Shown here in pieces: positions 63,362 to 64,000 of a stretch of 64,000 bases of DNA. The stretch comes from Laetmonice hystrix (lineage: Eukaryota). The stretch is taken from contig OZ249436.1 in assembly GCA_965235115.1 (NCBI GenBank), positions 20,772,001-20,836,000 of the forward strand. Direction: 5' to 3'. The first letter of the stretch is position 1, and each line of letters begins with the position of its first letter. Made by a program: the position numbers and the translations under genes. Below the pieces are notes generated by a model. That model did not search any database, was not told where the DNA came from, and worked only from the letters and a program-made list of their open reading frames with translations.

Positions 63362-64000
63362 GAACAGGCCTTAAACCTTCTCGGCCCCGACCCTCCGGGA
63401 GGAAAGAAGGGAACACGGAAACGGTATTAAGTATAACTGAGTTTAACAGAATTCCCAAAAGAAAGAAAAACAAAAATAAAAACAAAACACAAAAAAAACG
63501 GAAAAAAGAAAACGAAGAAAATCCCCTGAAATGATTGAACGTAGGAAGTTCAAAGGAGGAAAGGTCACAAAGATTAAAAAAACAGGAGAGAAAGGAAAAG
63601 AAACACATTGAAAGGAAAGTTATCTAGAGGATAAAACAGAATATGCTCTGACAAACGTGACCGAGGTTGATAGAAATAGAATCGTCATTTGTTTGTTCGT
63701 TTTGCCAAATTCGAAGAAATGCTTACATTGCATGCATGAATGCATTGTACTAAAAAGACAATAGATTTTTATTAGCGAATATTTCCTATGTCCTTGACCT
63801 AGAGATGCTCGTTTCCCGTGACCTATATCTGTCAGGGACATGTCACATACGTGTCGTCCCTACACGGACCATGCTGGCAACATTACCGACCGACCTCTCG
63901 ACGGCGGAACCGACGACATGTACTTCCGGTAAACCACATTTCAGGGCCGCCTGATTCCATCTTAATGATGGAGAAAGTTATTAGTCGAGGGTGTGCGTGT

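Overview
Eukaryotic (animal) genomic DNA, AT-rich and dense in MITEs. It is probably from a marine invertebrate (lophotrochozoan-like; inference only). Supported genes: (i) the start of a minus-strand gene at the left edge with a type II membrane-anchor-like N-terminus; (ii) a four-coding-exon kinetochore SPC24 gene whose last intron is a U12-type (minor spliceosome) intron; (iii) two head-to-head paralogous genes (A, minus strand, CDS start 17179; B, plus strand, CDS start 25294); (iv) a 12-exon lysosomal beta-hexosaminidase (GH20, HEXA/HEXB-like) with a 51-bp minisatellite in intron 8. Genes A and B share a ~55-aa N-terminal domain I do not recognise. In each, one large constant exon ends in a phase-0 donor and is followed by several phase-0, stop-containing alternative 3' exons. 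These encode C2H2 zinc fingers, a catalytically dead Crypton/DUF3504 tyrosine-recombinase-like domain, and possibly others. This is a lola/mod(mdg4)-like 'constant domain + swappable DNA-binding domain' architecture without a BTB domain, and it is the most interesting signal in the window. The rest is mostly non-autonomous DNA transposons (several nested), a Harbinger transposase relic, LINE relics and a tRNA-derived SINE-like head. All splice models were read by eye and need RNA-seq confirmation.
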